Virus record (IMG/VR): IMGVR_UViG_3300029435_000010
Span: 1 to 46,136 of that record
Length of the DNA: 46,136 nucleotides
Strand: one strand, 5' to 3'
Source: a virus
In this document: positions 1 to 6,594 of the stretch, piece after piece
Layout: every line of letters starts with the position of its first letter
Numbering within the stretch: position 1 is the stretch's first letter
Notes under the pieces: generated by a model
The model's database searches: none
What the model saw: the letters and a program-made list of their open reading frames with translations, nothing else
Told to the model about the DNA's origin: nothing
Made by a program: the position numbers and the translations under genes

Positions 1-123
1 TCGACGGCCATGCCGTCGCAGACGGTACTTAAGGGAATCCTCGGCGAGATCCGAAACGTCGAAGGTGTGACGCGAGCAAAGATCTACGACAACGACACGA
101 GCGAGCCTGACAAGAACGGGATC
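1..123. repeat. Terminal overlap copy 1 (identical to 46014..46136)
   Basis: Base-by-base comparison by eye shows 123/123 identity. The overlap lies inside the baseplate-J coding frame. Confidence 0.95.
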
Positions 124-600
124 CCCGGTCATACGATCTCAGCAGTCGTCGAAGGCGGAGATGCGGCAAAGATTGCCGAGGTTATCCGCCGTCGCAAGTC
201 GACCGGCACAGGGACGTATGGCACGACCGAGATCGTCGTAGTCGATCCTCAGAGTATGCCGATCACGATTCGATTCTTCAGACCATTCATCGCTCACGTC
301 TACGTGCGTGTCACGGTGCGCCCGCTCACGGGCTTCTCGTCAACCTACGTCGAAGAGATCAAGTCCGAAATCGTCTCGCACATCAACGATCTCGGCATTG
401 GGTCGACCGTCTACCTGTCGAAGCTGTACGTCCCGGCGAACCTCGCCGCGAACGACCACGACAACACCTACGACATCGACACGATCGAGATCGGTACGGA
501 TAAGGGCGCTCTCGCCGCGAAGAACATCGTGACGGCCTTCAACGCCGTTCCGTTCAGCCAGGCGAGCTACATCGAGGTCGTGACCAATGACGACGATTAA
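1..600 (+). CDS. Baseplate J-like protein, C-terminal part (continuation of 45423..46136 across the circular junction)
   Basis: The frame is continuous with the open frame from ATG 45423. The gene sits between the gp25/W-like and gpI-like genes. Confidence 0.8.
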   Translation, partial: STAMPSQTVLKGILGEIRNVEGVTRAKIYDNDTSEPDKNGIPGHTISAVVEGGDAAKIAEVIRRRKSTGTGTYGTTEIVVVDPQSMPITIRFFRPFIAHVYVRVTVRPLTGFSSTYVEEIKSEIVSHINDLGIGSTVYLSKLYVPANLAANDHDNTYDIDTIEIGTDKGALAAKNIVTAFNAVPFSQASYIEVVTNDDD

Positions 601-1267
601 TGACTATCTCGAGCGCGTGCCATCGCAACACCGCGATAGACCACGCTTCAGGGAGACGCTAACCGCTTTTCTGAGCCCGATGGTTCGACTGCAGGAGCTC
701 CTTGATGAGACACCACGAAACTATGACGTCGACTTTTCCGTCGGCAAGCAGCTCGATGTCGTGGGCGAGTGGGTAGGCGTGAGCAGATATATCTCAGCGC
801 CGCTCTCTGGCATCTACTTCGAGTGGGATGGGACGCGGTCGACCGGGTGGAACGCTGGGCAGTGGAAGGGACAGTATGACCCGTCCACGGGGCTTGTCGC
901 GCTCGATGACGATACGTACAGATCGCTCATTCGGCTCTATATCGACGCAAATCGGTGGGACGGAACGACTGATGGCGCTTACGATGCGTGGGAATCTATC
1001 TTCGATAGATCCGCAATCGTGATCGAGGACCATCAGGACATGAGCTTCACGATCGGCATCGCCGGGCGGCTCAATTCGAGCGCCCAAAAAGCAATCTTCA
1101 CGACGGGTATGAGTCCCTTCAAGCCCGTGGGCATTCAAATCAAGATCTACTTCATTAGCTCAGACGGAACTTCGCCGCTTTTCGCTTGGGGCGTTCAAAC
1201 AAGCGCCCTAGACGGCTGGGGGAGAGCCGCTTGGGCAGAGAAGTACGACATGACCTTAGACCGCTGA
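587..1267 (+). CDS. Baseplate/tail protein (P2 gpI / Mu gp48-like position)
   Basis: 226-aa ORF overlapping the baseplate-J stop. Assigned by synteny, directly after baseplate J and before the fibre genes. Confidence 0.55.
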   Translation: MTTINDYLERVPSQHRDRPRFRETLTAFLSPMVRLQELLDETPRNYDVDFSVGKQLDVVGEWVGVSRYISAPLSGIYFEWDGTRSTGWNAGQWKGQYDPSTGLVALDDDTYRSLIRLYIDANRWDGTTDGAYDAWESIFDRSAIVIEDHQDMSFTIGIAGRLNSSAQKAIFTTGMSPFKPVGIQIKIYFISSDGTSPLFAWGVQTSALDGWGRAAWAEKYDMTLDR

Positions 1268-1285
1268 AATTCAGCGGTCTTTTTT
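1258..1285 (+). terminator. Rho-independent terminator-like hairpin
   Basis: The arm AGACCGCTG pairs with CAGCGGTCT and is followed by TTTTT. The hairpin overlaps the stop codon of 587..1267. Confidence 0.6.
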
Positions 1286-1297
1286 ATTGGGGGAAAA

Positions 1298-1909
1298 ATG
1301 GCTTCAACAAACTTCGTCCGTTGGGCGTCGTCGCCGGGCGCACAGCTCATGTCGGACGACAAGTACAAAGCTGCCGCCGCGACCGGCCTCGTGCCGGGCA
1401 TCGCTGACCTAGAGCAGGCGAACAAGTCCTGGCTACAGGCGAGCGCGATCGCCGAGGCGTTCGGCCATCTCGTTACGACCAACAAGGCCGCTTACGATGG
1501 CGTCGACTTCCTTGACACGGATACCGCCGAACAACTCGCCGAGAAGGTGTTCGCGGTCTTCGCAAAGCGTCTTCCGGGCGAGATCCCAAACAAAAGCATT
1601 GTCACGTCGAAGCTCGCTGACGAGTCCGTGACGATCGAGAAGCTCGCAAAGAAGCTCGACTTCGGCAGTTCTGAAATCCAGATCCGAGGAATGCCCTTGT
1701 CTCAGCTCAAGCTGGTGACGCTCAAAGACCGCGAGCTCGCTCTTGCGACGGATACCTTCCAGCTCTTCGCCGGCGACGGAAAGAGTCAAGGTGGAATCCT
1801 CATCGGTGGCGATACGGCAGCTCAGATCGTCGAGATCAGAGAGATTCTCGAAGCCCTAACCAACAGCGTTGCCAAGCTTGGCAGCCAGACGCAACCGTTC
1901 ACGGAGTAA
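1298..1909 (+). CDS. Tail fibre protein (proximal part)
   Basis: 203-aa ORF with a GGGGGA RBS, located between the baseplate genes and the tail-collar fibre tip. Confidence 0.5.
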   Translation: MASTNFVRWASSPGAQLMSDDKYKAAAATGLVPGIADLEQANKSWLQASAIAEAFGHLVTTNKAAYDGVDFLDTDTAEQLAEKVFAVFAKRLPGEIPNKSIVTSKLADESVTIEKLAKKLDFGSSEIQIRGMPLSQLKLVTLKDRELALATDTFQLFAGDGKSQGGILIGGDTAAQIVEIREILEALTNSVAKLGSQTQPFTE

Positions 1910-1912
1910 ATC

Positions 1913-2440
1913 ATGGCTATTTCAAATCCTTCTCTCACTCAGATCAAGCAGGCGCTGACGGAGATGCTTCCGAAGCTCAAGCCGTTGTCGGTTCCTACGG
2001 GCATGATCTCGGCTTTTCACACGGTTCCTGAAGGATGGCTTCAGTGCAACGGGGCGGCTGTGAGCCGCACGACGTATGCTGCGCTCTTTGCCGTCATTGG
2101 AACGAAGTACGGCTCGGGTGACGGCTCGACGACGTTCAATCTCCCGAACTTGCACCATAAGTTCATCGAGGGCACGAATACGCAGAGCGAGGTCGGGCAG
2201 TCTGTGTCGGCTGGGTTACCGAACATCACGGGCACACTCAACCCTGTGTGTCAGGAGGGAAAAGCGACCGCGCCGAGCGGCGCATTCAGTCGCACAACGG
2301 GCGGCGGCATGACTGGCTACGAATTCGCGAGAATGAAAACAAACTTTGTCTTCGACGCCTCCGACTCCTCGTCAACCTACGGCTCAGCATCAACCGTACA
2401 GCCTTCCGCACTGCGGTCGCTCCTGTGCATCAAGATTTGA
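1913..2440 (+). CDS. Tail-collar-domain fibre tip protein; constant N-terminus (1913..2218) fused to the currently expressed cassette A (2219..2440)
   Basis: Tail-collar type motifs are present: GWLQCNGAAVSRTTYAALFAVIGTKYG and FNLPNL. The C-terminus is YGSASTVQPSALRSLLCIKI. Crossover core a lies in frame at codon 103. Confidence 0.85.
   Translation: MAISNPSLTQIKQALTEMLPKLKPLSVPTGMISAFHTVPEGWLQCNGAAVSRTTYAALFAVIGTKYGSGDGSTTFNLPNLHHKFIEGTNTQSEVGQSVSAGLPNITGTLNPVCQEGKATAPSGAFSRTTGGGMTGYEFARMKTNFVFDASDSSSTYGSASTVQPSALRSLLCIKI
2219..2232 (+). repeat. Crossover core a (CCGAACATCACGGG), inside the expressed gene
   Basis: Encodes PNITG in the frame of 1913..2440. Confidence 0.85.
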
Positions 2441-2672
2441 TGCACAGCATCGTGCGAATAGTGGAGGGCTGAACCGTTGAAGAGTTGCCGTACAGGTTGC
2501 TTGAGCGGGAGGCGCTGAAGAGGACGCGGGGTCCCTCGGAAGCCCATTCGGCCGCGTTGTTGAACTGGCCCTTCTTAGCAGAACTTCTGTAGAAAGGCCC
2601 TTCTAAGATATCTCCATGCGCACTATCGAATTCCCCCGCCTTCTGAAGCGTGAAAGAACCGCTGATGTTCGG
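2430..2672 (-). other. Silent fibre C-terminal cassette B (80 aa, no start codon of its own at the core)
   Basis: Translation: PNISGSFTLQKAGEFDSAHGDILEGPFYRSSAKKGQFNNAAEWASEGPRVLFSASRSSNLYGNSSTVQPSTIRTMLCIKS-stop. Confidence 0.8.
2659..2672 (-). repeat. Crossover core b (CCGAACATCAGCGG on the minus strand)
   Basis: Encodes PNISG at the head of cassette B. It is separated by 1 nt from core c, and the two cores together create the 17-bp palindrome ATGTTCGGACCGAACAT (2665..2681). Confidence 0.8.
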
Positions 2673-2673
2673 A

Positions 2674-2687
2674 CCGAACATAACGGG
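2674..2687 (+). repeat. Crossover core c (CCGAACATAACGGG)
   Basis: Encodes PNITG at the head of cassette C. Confidence 0.8.
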
Positions 2688-2877
2688 TACAGTCACTGCG
2701 TCATGGGTAAGAGGCACTGGAGCCTTCAAAGATGTCGAAAATGGTAATTGCCCCGACGGAGACCTCAATGGACCCGCCGAAATAGACTTTTCGGCATCTC
2801 GCTCAAGCAACTTGTATGGCTCGTCTTCAACAGTGCAGCCCGCTTCAATCCGGTCGCTCTTGTGCATCAAGATTTAA
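2674..2877 (+). other. Silent fibre C-terminal cassette C (67 aa)
   Basis: Translation: PNITGTVTASWVRGTGAFKDVENGNCPDGDLNGPAEIDFSASRSSNLYGSSSTVQPASIRSLLCIKI-stop. Confidence 0.8.
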
Positions 2878-3088
2878 TGCAGAAAAGCGTGCGAACGGAT
2901 GAGGGCTGGACAGTCGTACTAGATCCGTAAGTGGAGGATGACCCGGAAGCCCGGAACAATCCAGTCTGCCCGGCAGAGCCATTTCCGTCTGAATAGCCAG
3001 AAAGCTTTACAGATCCGATAGAAAATGCGCCTGAATAATACTTTTCATATTCGTTGTCATTGTTTGGGAATTCACCTGTGATGTTCGG
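2867..3088 (-). other. Silent fibre C-terminal cassette D (73 aa; absent from the ORF track because it has no ATG)
   Basis: Hand translation: PNITGEFPNNDNEYEKYYSGAFSIGSVKLSGYSDGNGSAGQTGLFRASGSSSTYGSSTTVQPSSVRTLFCIKS-stop. Confidence 0.8.
3075..3088 (-). repeat. Crossover core d (CCGAACATCACAGG on the minus strand)
   Basis: Encodes PNITG at the head of cassette D. It lies 5 nt from core e. Confidence 0.8.
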
Positions 3089-3093
3089 ACCGT

Positions 3094-3107
3094 CCGAACA
3101 TCAGTGG
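3094..3107 (+). repeat. Crossover core e (CCGAACATCAGTGG)
   Basis: Encodes PNISG at the head of cassette E. Confidence 0.8.
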
Positions 3108-3306
3108 ACGACTCGGCGCATACGACTGTGCCGGTTCCAGTTTTACAGGAGCGTTTCGATATGCAGGCAATGAAGGCGGCCCCTCCACTGCGTGGCGAAG
3201 CGTTGCGTATTCGGATTTTGACGCCTCGCGTTCATCTTCAAAATACGGCTCTTCGTCAACCGTCCAACCAGAGTCCATCCGCCTGATCCCTTGTATCAAA
3301 TCTTGA
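3094..3306 (+). other. Silent fibre C-terminal cassette E (70 aa; no ATG)
   Basis: Hand translation: PNISGRLGAYDCAGSSFTGAFRYAGNEGGPSTAWRSVAYSDFDASRSSSKYGSSSTVQPESIRLIPCIKS-stop. Confidence 0.8.
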
Positions 3307-3514
3307 TGCAAGGGATGAGCCTCAGTGCCGAAGGCTGCACTGTGGAGCTTTTGCCGTAGACCGAGGAAGAGCGAGAGGCCATGAATGACGATTGACCGGA
3401 GCAACTCTCGGAGCCGATTGTGGTTCCGGGGTACAACTTCAAGACATTAAACGCGCCGCCAGTCCAACCGCCGCTACCGTAGTCAAGGCCCGTCACAGTG
3501 CCCGTGATGTTCGG
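3296..3514 (-). other. Silent fibre C-terminal cassette F (72 aa)
   Basis: Translation: PNITGTVTGLDYGSGGWTGGAFNVLKLYPGTTIGSESCSGQSSFMASRSSSVYGKSSTVQPSALRLIPCIKI-stop. Confidence 0.8.
3501..3514 (-). repeat. Crossover core f (CCGAACATCACGGG on the minus strand)
   Basis: Identical to core a. Heads cassette F and lies 5 nt from core g. Confidence 0.85.
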
Positions 3515-3519
3515 ACCTA

Positions 3520-3533
3520 CCGAACATCACAGG
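3520..3533 (+). repeat. Crossover core g (CCGAACATCACAGG)
   Basis: Heads cassette G. Confidence 0.8.
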
Positions 3534-3747
3534 GTATCTTTGTAAGTCAGACTTTAGCAACGACACAAGCTATACAGGCGTTTTTTCACAGACTGAGCGT
3601 GGCAGTGCCTGGGGCGGGGGTACCTCTGGATATGAGAACACTTGGGATAGGCCATATTTTTCCGCTAGAGCATCTAACAGCGCCTATGGTTCGTCATCTG
3701 TCGTTCAACCAGCCTCGATTCGCATGACGCTGTGCATCAAGCTTTGA
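3520..3747 (+). other. Silent fibre C-terminal cassette G (75 aa; no ATG)
   Basis: Hand translation: PNITGYLCKSDFSNDTSYTGVFSQTERGSAWGGGTSGYENTWDRPYFSARASNSAYGSSSVVQPASIRMTLCIKL-stop. Confidence 0.8.
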
Positions 3748-3958
3748 TGCACAAGAGCAGTCGCGTCGAACTCGGCTGAACCACAGAAGACGATCCGTAC
3801 ACAGACGAAGAACGTGAAGAGTTCATCGTTACGCGGCCTCCGTCATGAGCGCCGCCTTGATTAGAATTCAAGCCGATGCGTGCTTCCCCAGTAAATGCTC
3901 CAGTGCAGTTCAGCCCTGAGGTATTCCCGTGCTCAGTAAATGTACCCGTGATGTTCGG
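3737..3958 (-). other. Silent fibre C-terminal cassette H (73 aa)
   Basis: Translation: PNITGTFTEHGNTSGLNCTGAFTGEARIGLNSNQGGAHDGGRVTMNSSRSSSVYGSSSVVQPSSTRLLLCIKA-stop. Confidence 0.8.
3945..3958 (-). repeat. Crossover core h (CCGAACATCACGGG on the minus strand), distal boundary of the shufflon
   Basis: Identical to core a. Heads cassette H and is the last site before the recombinase gene. Confidence 0.85.
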
Positions 3959-4050
3959 GACTCGGATTTGCATGTCATAGAGCGCTCTCTATGTCGTGCC
4001 GGGCACATGAGCGGGCTTCATCTGCAACTCGGCGAAACCCGCGATAGTAG

Positions 4051-5193
4051 CTACTTCCAGGCGATCATGCCGGCACTTTCAGCACAAGCGCGGACGTGCT
4101 CACTCCAACGATCTATGACTGAGCGTCTGGCGTCGAAAAAGTCTGAGCGCTGATAGGCTCGACTCACCTGCGTTCCGATGTCGTGGCTTAGGCACATCTC
4201 GGCGACGTCGAAAGGGACGGCCTCGTCTGCAAGCCACGATCGAGCGATCGAGCGCAGACCGTGCGCGACGAGGTGTCCTCTGAGCGACGTGCTGTGCAGA
4301 TGTTTCGCTAAGGTCTGAGCGCTGATGTGCCTTCCAGTCACGCGGGCTGCGAAGACGAAGGCGCAGCGAGGATGCGGAGAAAGCGCCGCTTCGCGCTCGA
4401 GGAGCTCCCGCATGAAGCCAGTCAGTGGCAAGCGAAAGGGCTTGCGCTTTTTCATGTGCTCGGCGGGGATCTCGATCACGTCGTCGTGGATCCATGACTT
4501 CTCGAGCTTGGCGTTCTCGCCCGGACGGAGCATCGAGCAGAGCGAGAAGAGAAAAAGTATTTGCATCCGCTCGGGCGCGTCCGCCATGACACGCATCACC
4601 TCGGGCAGATCTTTCCACCCGACGGCTGGCATCGGCGTCACGGTGGGCGGGGCGAAGACTCTCGAGACTCTGGCGAGCGGATTGTGCTCGATGTAGCCGG
4701 CGCAGACGGCCAAATCAAGCACTTCTCGCAGGCGCATGAGCACGCGCTTGAGCGTCGCACGCTTCCCTGCCTGCTCGAGCGGCATGACGGCCCTGATGAC
4801 AAGGGGTGCAGTGATCTCGTCGAGCTGACGCCCGCCCAACGGTTTCACGATGTAGCGCTCGAGTCTGCGGCGCTCATCTTGGTAGCTCACGATCTGCGGC
4901 TTCTTGAGCCTGCACCAAAGACGAAAAGCGTCACGCAGGCAGTACCCGCGCGGCGGTTCGAGCCCGACCTCTTTTCGGAGGCGTCGGGCTTTTTGTCGTG
5001 CTTGCGCGAGATTCATGTCTGGGTACTCGCCGAGCTTTTTGTCTGCGACACGGCCTGAGCACGACGTGCGCAGATACCAGATCTTTCGCCCTGACGGCAT
5101 GACTCGCAAAGTCAGTCCGTTGCCGTCGGCGATTGAATACCTTTTTTCACGCGGCTTCAATGCCGCGATTTTTTTAGAGGAGAGAGTAGTCAC
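4051..5193 (-). CDS. Tyrosine site-specific recombinase (P4-integrase-like, arm-type N-terminal domain); candidate shufflon invertase
   Basis: GTG start at 5193 lies 4 nt after GGAGG. N-terminus LKPREKRYSIADGNGLTLRVMPSGRKIWYLR. Catalytic-type motifs LRPGE, HGLRS, LSH and RAYQRSD. The gene abuts the last crossover site. Confidence 0.8.
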   Translation of the reverse strand: MTTLSSKKIAALKPREKRYSIADGNGLTLRVMPSGRKIWYLRTSCSGRVADKKLGEYPDMNLAQARQKARRLRKEVGLEPPRGYCLRDAFRLWCRLKKPQIVSYQDERRRLERYIVKPLGGRQLDEITAPLVIRAVMPLEQAGKRATLKRVLMRLREVLDLAVCAGYIEHNPLARVSRVFAPPTVTPMPAVGWKDLPEVMRVMADAPERMQILFLFSLCSMLRPGENAKLEKSWIHDDVIEIPAEHMKKRKPFRLPLTGFMRELLEREAALSPHPRCAFVFAARVTGRHISAQTLAKHLHSTSLRGHLVAHGLRSIARSWLADEAVPFDVAEMCLSHDIGTQVSRAYQRSDFFDARRSVIDRWSEHVRACAESAGMIAWK

Positions 5194-5781
5194 ATGACCT
5201 CCGATTTCAAGACGGCGTATCGCTTTGATGACGCCGGGTACTTCGAGCACGAGCTTTCCGTCCAAGTGATTGACGGCGAAGCGCTCATGCCGCCGTCCGC
5301 AACCTTGCTGCCTCCCTGGGGCGATGCAAAGCCGGACGACAAGGTTTTCTACCGCTTCGACGGCGAGTCGTGGAAGTCGGAAGCAAAGCCTACGTGCGCA
5401 GCCGATCTTGTCGGTGTGGTGGTTTCTCATCAGTCTCAGACGCCGCGCGACATCGAAATGCGCTCGCTCATCCAGAAGTTCTCTCAGGAAGAGGGTTATC
5501 GCGAAAAGCGCGGCGAGGACCTCTCGTGGTCCCTCGAGAAGATCCCTGAAAAGACTGAGGAAGAAAAACTGACTGAGGCGAAGCAGTCCGTTCGCTCGAA
5601 GCGCGATCGCTTAATCGCCGATACGGACTACCTGCTGACGCCTGACTACCCGATCAGCCCTGACGAGCTTGAGGTCGTCAAGGCATACAGAACTGCGCTG
5701 CGTGACGTACCGCAGCGGGAAGGCTTCCCTTACGACGTTGTCTGGCCTGAGCTTCCTGAAGTGCTTGCAAAGAAGAAGTAA
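5194..5781 (+). CDS. Tail fibre assembly protein (Tfa-type chaperone)
   Basis: C-terminal signature RDRLIADTDYLLTPDYPISPDELEVVKAYRTALRDVPQREGFPYDVVWPELP is typical of Caudovirales tail fibre assembly proteins. Confidence 0.75.
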   Translation: MTSDFKTAYRFDDAGYFEHELSVQVIDGEALMPPSATLLPPWGDAKPDDKVFYRFDGESWKSEAKPTCAADLVGVVVSHQSQTPRDIEMRSLIQKFSQEEGYREKRGEDLSWSLEKIPEKTEEEKLTEAKQSVRSKRDRLIADTDYLLTPDYPISPDELEVVKAYRTALRDVPQREGFPYDVVWPELPEVLAKKK

Positions 5782-5790
5782 GGAGGCGGG

Positions 5791-6147
5791 ATGGCCACTA
5801 CTCTCGACATCCACGTCGATCAGGGCTCGGATGTCCGAGTGCCGATCGCTTTCATCGACGATTTCTCTGAGCTTGATCTGACGGGGTTTAGCGCTCGTAT
5901 GGAGATACGCCCGTCGGCATCAAGCAAAAAGGTGGTTGATCGTCTCACCACGGAGAACTCGCGCATCTCAATCGAGAAGGAGACGCTCACGCTTCTCTGG
6001 CCGCACGAAGTCACTGAAAACCTGCCGGCAGGCAGCTACGTCTATGACCTTGAGCTTGCCTCTGAAGGCGGAGAAGTCACGCGCGCGCTAAGTGGACGAG
6101 TTCAAGTGTGCAAGGAGGTGACGCAATGGCCTACGGCGACTGCGTGA
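5791..6147 (+). CDS. Hypothetical structural protein
   Basis: 118-aa ORF with an AAGGAGG RBS, located in the fibre cluster. Confidence 0.6.
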   Translation: MATTLDIHVDQGSDVRVPIAFIDDFSELDLTGFSARMEIRPSASSKKVVDRLTTENSRISIEKETLTLLWPHEVTENLPAGSYVYDLELASEGGEVTRALSGRVQVCKEVTQWPTATA

Positions 6148-6572
6148 TCCCGCCGATGGGATACCCGGGGTGCTATCCAGCACCCCCGCCCGTCGGTGGG
6201 CGGCGCGTAGTGAGAGTAAGCGTTCCTGGCATTCAAGGCCCGAGGGGCGAGCCGGGATCGCAAGGCTACTCGATCAGAGTCTGTGCTTCGCTCGATGCTT
6301 TCGAGACGACTGCACTTGAAAACCTTAGACCGTCGCTCGGCGCAAAGGCTGGCGATTCGGTCGTCAACTCAAGCGGACAAATCTTCATCATCACGAACAC
6401 TACCGAGTCGACATTCACTGTCGGTGAAGTCGTTGGCTGTCTGGGCGTGCGCATTGATGATGCGGATGTATCCGTTGAGAAAGTCTGGTCCTCTCAAAAG
6501 ATTCAGGAGCGCTTAGGCGAGCCCGTTGACTTTGTGAAGACCTTTGAATCCGAGTTGGACTCGGGAATTTAA
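6126..6572 (+). CDS. Hypothetical fibre-associated protein with a short collagen-like stretch
   Basis: ATG 6126 is preceded by AAGGAGG. Contains GIQGPRGEPGSQG (four G-X-Y triplets plus a closing G). Confidence 0.55.
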   Translation: MAYGDCVIPPMGYPGCYPAPPPVGGRRVVRVSVPGIQGPRGEPGSQGYSIRVCASLDAFETTALENLRPSLGAKAGDSVVNSSGQIFIITNTTESTFTVGEVVGCLGVRIDDADVSVEKVWSSQKIQERLGEPVDFVKTFESELDSGI

Positions 6573-6594
6573 TCGCAACAAGGAGTTTGCAAAA

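Larger units (their letters stand above)
2219..3958. other. Shufflon-like multiple-inversion region: 4 invertible segments, 8 crossover cores, 8 alternative fibre C-termini
   Basis: Eight copies of CCGAACAT[C/A]A[C/G]NGG alternate in orientation. Each opens an in-frame cassette ending in VQPxxxRxxxCIK[ISLA]-stop. Confidence 0.85.

Noticed and set aside
2430-2870. 146-aa minus-strand ORF called as a stand-alone gene.
   Set aside because: Only its last 81 codons (2430..2672, downstream of core b) form a fibre cassette. The upstream part is merely the open antisense frame of cassette C and has no RBS.
3072-3727. ORFs 3072..3404 (minus), 3104..3286 (plus) and 3392..3727 (plus) inside the shufflon.
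   Set aside because: They are off-frame or antisense reads through cassettes D to G. The biologically coherent frames are those starting at the PNI[T/S]G cores and ending in CIK-stop.
1913-4050. Alternative explanations for the fibre variability: a DGR (diversity-generating retroelement) or a serine-invertase G-segment.
   Set aside because: No reverse transcriptase or template/variable repeat pair is present, and no Hin/Gin/Cin-like resolvase-fold ORF is visible in any of the listed frames. The repeats are short in-frame cores in alternating orientation.
4051-5430. 459-aa long form of the recombinase ORF.
   Set aside because: The upstream 79 codons overlap the Tfa gene antisense and have no integrase-like sequence. 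GTG 5193 with a GGAGG RBS gives a normal 380-aa arm-domain integrase.
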